Both the position numbers and the translations under genes were made by a program. Below are positions 56,901 to 64,000 of a stretch of DNA of 64,000 nucleotides, one piece after another (the first letter of the stretch is position 1; every line of letters begins with the position of its first letter). Location of the stretch: the NCBI GenBank assembly GCA_964057225.1, contig OZ059899.1, positions 5,022,001 through 5,086,000 of the forward strand, written 5' to 3'. A model generated the notes under the pieces. It was not told the DNA's origin. It saw only the letters and a list, made by a program, of their open reading frames with translations, and made no database searches. The stretch is from Auanema rhodensis (lineage: Eukaryota > Animalia > Nematoda).

Positions 56901-59900
56901 TTAGATGCATATCTGACCAAGCGTGTGGTAAACTCAATAGTTTGCCCTAACTTCTCAGACAAATTTTGAATACGTTTGTCAACCATGGTTAATTGGAGCT
57001 GAAACAAATTACTTAACTTCATGCTACTAATTCAATCAAATTAAAATTTTAGATTCGCAAACTTAATAATTAATTTCGAAAATGCTATTACTTTTTATTA
57101 CTAATTATAATTTTGCTTTAATCCCATTTCATTTATACTTTGTTTTATAAGAGAAAAAGTCAAAAGATGGGCAGTTCAGTGTCATTATTCTATTTCATTC
57201 GATCGGTCACCAAGCGACCTCAACCCTTAAGACGGGCGACAGGTGTTATGCAAACATAAGTAGCCTGATGATGAATAAAAATCCCATACATTACAGTCTA
57301 AACACACAAGTGTGAAGATAGACCTCATATGGTGGGCCAGTTCAACACAGTAATCTGGCCAACTTGTATTAGATCAAACGAAGCTAGGGGGGAATAGTCA
57401 TTTTAAAAATTATATTATGCCAAGCTGAGACAATATAGCGAAATGGATCAATATGAACTCTCAAAAATCTCAAAGATAGCAAGTCAGTCAAGAGTACGGA
57501 ACAGCATATATACGTCTAAGTCAATCGCGCTGATCACGAATATAAATAATTATTGTTTGAACATACCTGCTTTCCAGAATAAGCATAGTCAATTTCTTTG
57601 GTAATACTCTTCTTTTGTTCTTCAATGACCCTCAGTACATTCTGCACATTCTCTTCCAACTGTTGGTGGGCTCTTTGTAAATTTAGCTGAAGCAGCTGTT
57701 GGGTGGTATCCACCTAAATAACGAAACGCTTAGATTTGTTCAACATCCATGTATTATCATGAGGTGAATAAGGACTTACCTTTTTGTATGTTTCCAAGAA
57801 TTCTTGATGTTTGAGTCGAGACTCATCTACAAGCTGCTCCAGAATAGCAATTTGTTTTTCAGCAATCTGAATATGATTAAATTTTGCACAGGTTAGATTG
57901 AAAGCAGAGTCTTAGAACAGACTAATAAATTAAAGTAAATTTTGTGATGGATAAGGAAAGAGTAGTAGGGCTAACATTAGGGATAACGGTCATTGATGAG
58001 GTTAGTGAACAATGACCTTGCATCACTTGCCTACCTCTCTTCAGTACCCGCAAAAAACTACAATTCATTAAACACTGCTTCGACTTTATATTAGACTATG
58101 ACCACATCAGCTATCACTCCGTAGGGTCATTGCCCGCATAACCATTGCAAGGCTCGCCAACTTTCACGGGTCATAACCTGTCAGCAGGTCCCTCGTCCGA
58201 ACGCATCACAAAAATGGTACTTATCCCGTGGGTAGACATCGACAAGTCATAGCTGTTGTCTTACATTGAAAAACACAAAAGATGCTAGTTTTCATAATTT
58301 TAGAAAATTCAACAGTCTTGCATGTCAACTCTTCCACGGGTAGTCCGGTTACGATAAGACCCGGTGGTCAGGCTCACCTCAGCGATGGGTTCATACTGGT
58401 GAGCAGGTTTTGGATGATCAACTTGAGTGCATTCACGGCAGATGGCGAGGTTGCAGCTAATGCAGAAGTATCGAATAGGTTGAGACCTATGTTGAAGACA
58501 CTTGCATGAAGATTTCTCTGTTGGGACAGATGGAGTTGACATGATCTTAATGAGAAGAATTATGAAGGTTAGGCATTTGAAATATGTCTTACAGGTGAAG
58601 GAGAAATGGCTTCTACACGATGTCCCTCGAAACAATGCATGTATTGATGGGCCATTTTACAATTTCCGCACAAATAGTGTGAGCAATCTTGACAGAATGC
58701 TGAAGCCCTCTCCCCGGACTTACATCCAGTGCAGGTGTTCCGTGGGAATGAAGGAGTGGAAAGCTGGAACTAAAACAGCATTCTCTAAGGACTGAAACTA
58801 TATACCAACCATATCACTAATCCGTCCTATCTGATCACAAGGTGAATCAGATAAAGGCGGTGATGAAGAGGTGGAACTGGGAGAACCGAATAACAAGCTC
58901 TTCTCATCTCCATTTAATTGACGTGAAAGCACAGACTCGAGGCCAAAATCGGATAGTAAGGAATCCAAGCCGAGTTGAACGCTGGAGAAACTAATACATG
59001 GGTGGAGGCACAATATTGATTCAAACCTCAACGGAGTTTCCATGTGGCACTGCGGACAAGTAACTCGCTCAGCAGAGTCGAGATTTCTTTCGAGGCACGA
59101 CTTACAAAATGAATGAAAGCACGCTAGTACCTTCGGCTCACGATACGGCTCTAGGCACAAGGGGCACTTAACTACCTGAAAGAAAGAAATATAAAAAATA
59201 AGAAGCGGTTGAAGAAAAAGAAAAATAATTAAGAGTAAAATATTGAAGACAACTTCGAAATATTCAAGTCATTAAAAAAGCGGAAGTCCAAAGGTGAATT
59301 AAATCATAAACTTTAAGATATACCAAACCCCTATCGCTAAGGAAGGATCAGTCCAAAACCATTTCGTTTGTCACGGCGTGAGAAAAATTGTTTGTGGTGT
59401 TTCACCGCCGAATAATCATGAGATCAAACAACATAATTAATGAAATGTCAAACTATATTATTGACTTGAAGTTGTTTACCAACAAACCAATCGATAAAAT
59501 CAATAACGTATGGAACATATAAATATACAACAATTGGTTGCGACGTGGAACTTATCCGTCATAATCGATACCAACTAAACTAGGAAACTAAAAAAGCGTA
59601 GATGCTGACTTAAAGTCTATGCTTTACGATCGCTGGTGGCGCCGTCTTCATCGTCAACGAACCAGTCAGCAAACTAACCAACCAGCCAGCCAGCTAGCCA
59701 GACTGCTAATTCCAATGCGGGCGGAGGGAGAAGGGGCATAACATTGAATGAGAAGATGGGGCGCCTCTGAGAGTCAACAAAAAAGGGTGGCGCGACGCGG
59801 TACGAGGGCTATGTATCTTAAAGGCCGCTCGGCTCTCGGTCGACGTCGTTTTAGTAATAGTGTGGTCGTAGTCGACGGAGACATCGTGCGGGCAGTTCGG

Positions 59901-62337
59901 TAATGTTAGGGTGCCAGTGATGGCAGACGGCAAAAAACTCGTACTATTTCAATTCGCAGATGGCCAAGGCATAGAACTAACCACTCTCACGAACAGCGAC
60001 CTTAAAATCCATCCTAACAAGTCAGGCAATCGTAATACTCGCTTGAATAATGGCTATGACTTATTTGAAAGATATAAAAGTTTGCAACGAAATAGTCACA
60101 AAACGAGTGAACTTCTATTCATCTCAAAACGGCGTACAACTTTGAAAATACTCTGCTCTGTTGCTCAATTAAAACTTCGATGAGTTTCTTAGAATAGGAA
60201 ACCTAATAATTATTTTATAGTGGTGCAAAAGATTAGAAACTGTTAATTAGGCCTGCCAATAATTTCTGTCGATGATGCGACAGATTTAAGACCGCCCGCG
60301 AAAACTAAAGGGAAACGCGGTACGAAGACAGATATTTTTGGTTGATAAGACTGAGAATTATAGCAAAAGAATGAAAGAAAGATTGGGTGGAATGAACAGC
60401 TATGTGTTTCTCTTCCTCTCTTTCTCATTGTGTAGATGACAGCAAACATCTTGACAAAAAACGATTGCAGTTTGACAAGCGATCCCACCCTGTTGGTCGG
60501 ATTGTTAGTATTGATAAGAACTGCAAACTTTCACCGATTTAATAATAAACTATTCTGCATTAAATATTTGAAAACAGACTCAATAGAGAACACATAGTTC
60601 AAGTCCGTGTGTAAGTATGATTTTAGTGCCAGGGCGATAGAGGTCTGACCCAGGTCAACTCTAACCAATCAGGCTGTCGTACATAGCTTGAGATCCACAA
60701 AAACTCCAATACAGAAGGGAATAGAATAAAGAGTGAAACTGAAGACCTACGAGTAGTCAGTCGGAACGACCGACTGGTGCAATCAATAGCGACAGCAGCG
60801 TATTTGCTATATACGAGAGAGGAGGGAGGAGGGAACAACCAAGGCGATGTTCCACTATTGAATCATGTTTTTTTTCCGGATCGACTCTTTAACATTTTGA
60901 AAGGAAAATATAAAATGTTTAAAGGTAGCAAAAACATAAAAGCATCAAGCTATAAACAGCATTAACTGTTTTTCGCAACTATAATGAATCAATTGAGATT
61001 GGAAGGTCCAAATAAAATTTCATACGAAAGTGTAAAAAAATATATCATACAGAGCTTGTTAGGATAAAAACATGACAGCAGAAGAACACAAGAAAACCAC
61101 CACGCGCGAACGAGCGTGTGATCGAGGACCAAATAGACAATATATAGGGAGGGGAGATACGTGTAAGTGTGACCCAAATCGATTCTTTGCGGGGATGGAG
61201 GAGGCGGGACGAGCAGTGAATGTGTGGAGAGGAAAGGGTCCTAGCCACGCCTCTCCTCGTGGCTACACAGGACAAATCCTCTTGTTTCGTTCCTAGGCCG
61301 TCCGCTACGCGGCGCCTTAGGAAAATGGATGAAAAACATCTAGAATTCGATCGTTATTACTGCTGCTGCTGCTGACATTCGTGACTAAAAGCACGCAGAT
61401 ACACAAAGACATAACGCTATTGGGTTAAACAACAGAACAAATGGATCCCAGGATGAAAAATAACAGCGGATTGGTCAACTAAACACCTACACCAAAGATT
61501 CGTATCCAAGGGTTTCTTCGTACCCTCACATATCTCTCAGTTGCTGGTATGCCAAGCACCCGCAGTTATAATAGAAAACTAATTCTTTGAACTCAACACA
61601 TTTAGAAACTATGAAAAAGCAAGATTGTTAAATATTAAAATTTTCAAAAAAAATATAATGACACAAATAAATGTGACACAAACAGGAATACCGCTAATTT
61701 AACCTGTGATAACAAAAAAGATAATAAAATCTAGAGTTGATGCCTGAGCATGTTATGAAATTGAAAGAAACGAGTATCCGTTATAGATTCAGAGTTGCCA
61801 GTAGTAACGACACTCAAGCTATTAAAAGACTACAAGCTACGGTTCAAAGGTGTGAACTTGGCTTCTAGCAACCAGAGGTGAAATGATGCCGTTTAGCCTT
61901 AGAGACGGGAATATGGATAAAATACTTGAAAATTTTTTATCCTGTGAAAGCAGGCGTCAAATTCCCATAACTTAACATGCTTAGAAAAGCAGATGCCAAA
62001 ATAAATCAGAATTATGTAGAAAAAAACAAAGTGAGGACCAAAAAAATACAATACGAAATGATTGACAGGTAGGCTTGAATAAGCCGTTAAAATCGTGATT
62101 CACGGCATAACGGCAATATCAGTTTATCATATCAAGTAATCGAAATGCAGATATCAACAGAAATTATGATTAAAATGTCAACACAAGCTTATTAAACAAT
62201 ATTTTTTGCTGAAAACTACCGCAACATTTGGAAAGTGTCTTCATAACCCAACAAGATAGCATGGATAAAGTTAATTGACTAACCTGGTCGTTTATGAGTG
62301 GTGGTGTTGGGGCCAATCCGAATGATCCTCCAAGCAT
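53962..62337 (-). CDS. ncl-1: TRIM-NHL translational repressor NCL-1/Brat ortholog (RING, 2 B-boxes, coiled coil, NHL repeats)
   Basis: [32 protein letters not shown]; B-box1 [38 protein letters not shown]; B-box2 [29 protein letters not shown]; Brat-specific [85 protein letters not shown]. The most 5' exon seen is 62351-62284 (ATG 62337); its frame is open upstream, so more 5' exons may lie beyond the window. Confidence 0.92.
59620..59930 (-). promoter_or_regulatory. Possible internal promoter in ncl-1 intron 1
   Basis: GC/CpG-rich island with a CCCTCCGCCCGC GC box and (TGGC/TGGT)n, 450-750 nt upstream of the RING-exon acceptor. A second GC-rich island lies at about 61100-61320. Confidence 0.35.
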
Positions 62338-64000
62338 AGGCTGTGACACGGCTGAAATAGAAATTGTTCATACCATTTGAGGAAAATAAAACAATGACAT
62401 CTTTTTCAAACGCTTAATGGCTGGGAATTGAGCTGAATGAGGAAAACCGGTTAGTATCTAAGTTTCTCGACAATCTATCTATCAGTTTAGAAACCCATGT
62501 GTCTGGTATGCTAATAATGTCAGCGCCATGTGGCTTGTCCATTGTTCTACGACCCTTCTGACCATCTGTCGTGATTACTACTCCATTCCGCCGATCAGGG
62601 CAAGGTATATCGTCACAGAGTTTATAGGCATTGACATAAAAACCTAATCATGCTCCACATTAACTCTAATGACGATCTTAACGAGTATTTTACCTCTAGA
62701 TTTTATCTCATAAGCATATTGAATAATCAATCTCGTACTTATATTTCCGGGACCATATTTTAGAAGAAAACAAGTTTGCTCAAATATGTCACAACAAGCA
62801 AAGATAATTCGTTGTAATTATTGATAATTTTGCTCAAAAGTTGTAGCATTATTTCAATAAGCGTGCGATATAGAGAAGTTGACTCAGAGAGAGTATACAC
62901 AGCTATACTCACATTTAATGAACTCCAGCTCTCAATCGATCGAAAAAAAAATTATCGACCTATATGAGCAAAGTTCGAATAATGCTCATAGTTTTCTTTA
63001 AATCGACTATTTATCATGATTATGGATTATATTGACTCGCTGTCACTCATCCACATATTACTCCACTCAAACTTTAATGGTGTACTATACTTAACTATGT
63101 GATAGACACATATTTTTAGGAGGGCGAATCTACCATAAGTTGATAGCTAATATGCTTTTGAGAATAAAAACATATTCTATCCCACGATGACTACAGTCTG
63201 CCCACAACTGTGTGACATATCAGACACATCATCTTTGTCAAAGAAACAAGGTGACATATCAAGCCACGTCATCAACATTCCCATTGCGCGTCTTCCGTGA
63301 ACTGATTCTTAGACGGTGAACATGAAAATAAAATTCTCGAACAATTAAGCTTTTTCAAGCTAACAATTACATGCAAGAAAGAAACGAATCATTTCCACCC
63401 TGGTATATAAAATGTTGACTAATTGTTCTGCAAGAAGATCTATTAACTATAGTTGTTTATACTATGGCAAATATAAATGCGTCATAAGTGAGAAACAAAT
63501 TTTGAGATGATCCTAATAGACAGAATTGACCGTGTACACGAAGCTCGACCTAACTATCCTTGCTTAATGTTTGTTTATTGAGATGACAAGTTCAATAAAC
63601 AGTAAACAAATACGCCAGCTTATGTTTACAACAAACTGATCAATTCGCCACGTAGGCTACAAAATTAGTATACTGATTATAGGCTCACTGTAAATCTTTC
63701 AATCTAACTCAATAAGAAATTTCGCATATAAATTCGAAGCTAAAGATTTCATAAGAACGGAATATATGCTGAAAAAATAAATGAAAGCATACCAGTACAG
63801 AGAACAGCCACTATCAATCAATGACCAAAATAAAATAAAAGTAAGCAATCAATTGATATTTCACTTTGACGTAACCACGTTTAAAAACTGACCAGTTTCT
63901 TTTATTATAATTACAATATTCTTTAAGTTCACGCTCTAATGTAAATTAGAAAAGTTACGGTGGACGAAAACTTTAAATATCTATATAGCAATTACTTTTG

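Noticed and set aside
61292-61321. GC-rich quasi-palindrome and scattered TTAGGC hexamers as DNA-elimination or telomere-addition sites
   Set aside because: There is no telomeric array, single hexamers are expected by chance, and I cannot match a defined elimination motif from sequence alone.

Overview
Eukaryotic genomic DNA, most likely from a rhabditid nematode: AT-rich, TTTCAG/TTTTAG acceptors, many introns of about 40-45 nt, and proteins close to C. elegans ones. The ORF track shows only exon fragments, so I assembled gene models by hand from splice sites. Eight spliced protein genes, in order: (1) a Rho-like protein with a polybasic-CaaX tail but no GTPase motifs (+); (2) RecQ5 helicase rcq-5 (-); (3) a protein with two BEN-like domains and a predicted GC-AG intron (+); (4) an SLC17/sialin-type transporter (+); (5) a secreted, probably GPI-anchored protein with a degenerate astacin domain, EGF and CUB (+); (6) BRCA1/brc-1 (-), head-to-head with (7) acetyl-CoA synthetase acs-19 (+); (8) a tandem, catalytically degenerate and truncated ACS paralog (+). 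The window ends with the TRIM-NHL gene ncl-1/brat (-), which here encodes an intact RING finger, making nine genes in total. Main points of interest: three apparent pseudoenzymes with intact reading frames (above all the acs-19 plus dead-paralog pair), a possible RING-plus/RING-minus isoform switch in ncl-1, a DREAM CDE-CHR element and an overlapping uORF at brc-1, and two structured intronic RNA candidates. Family and gene names come from motif recognition and recall; no database search was run.
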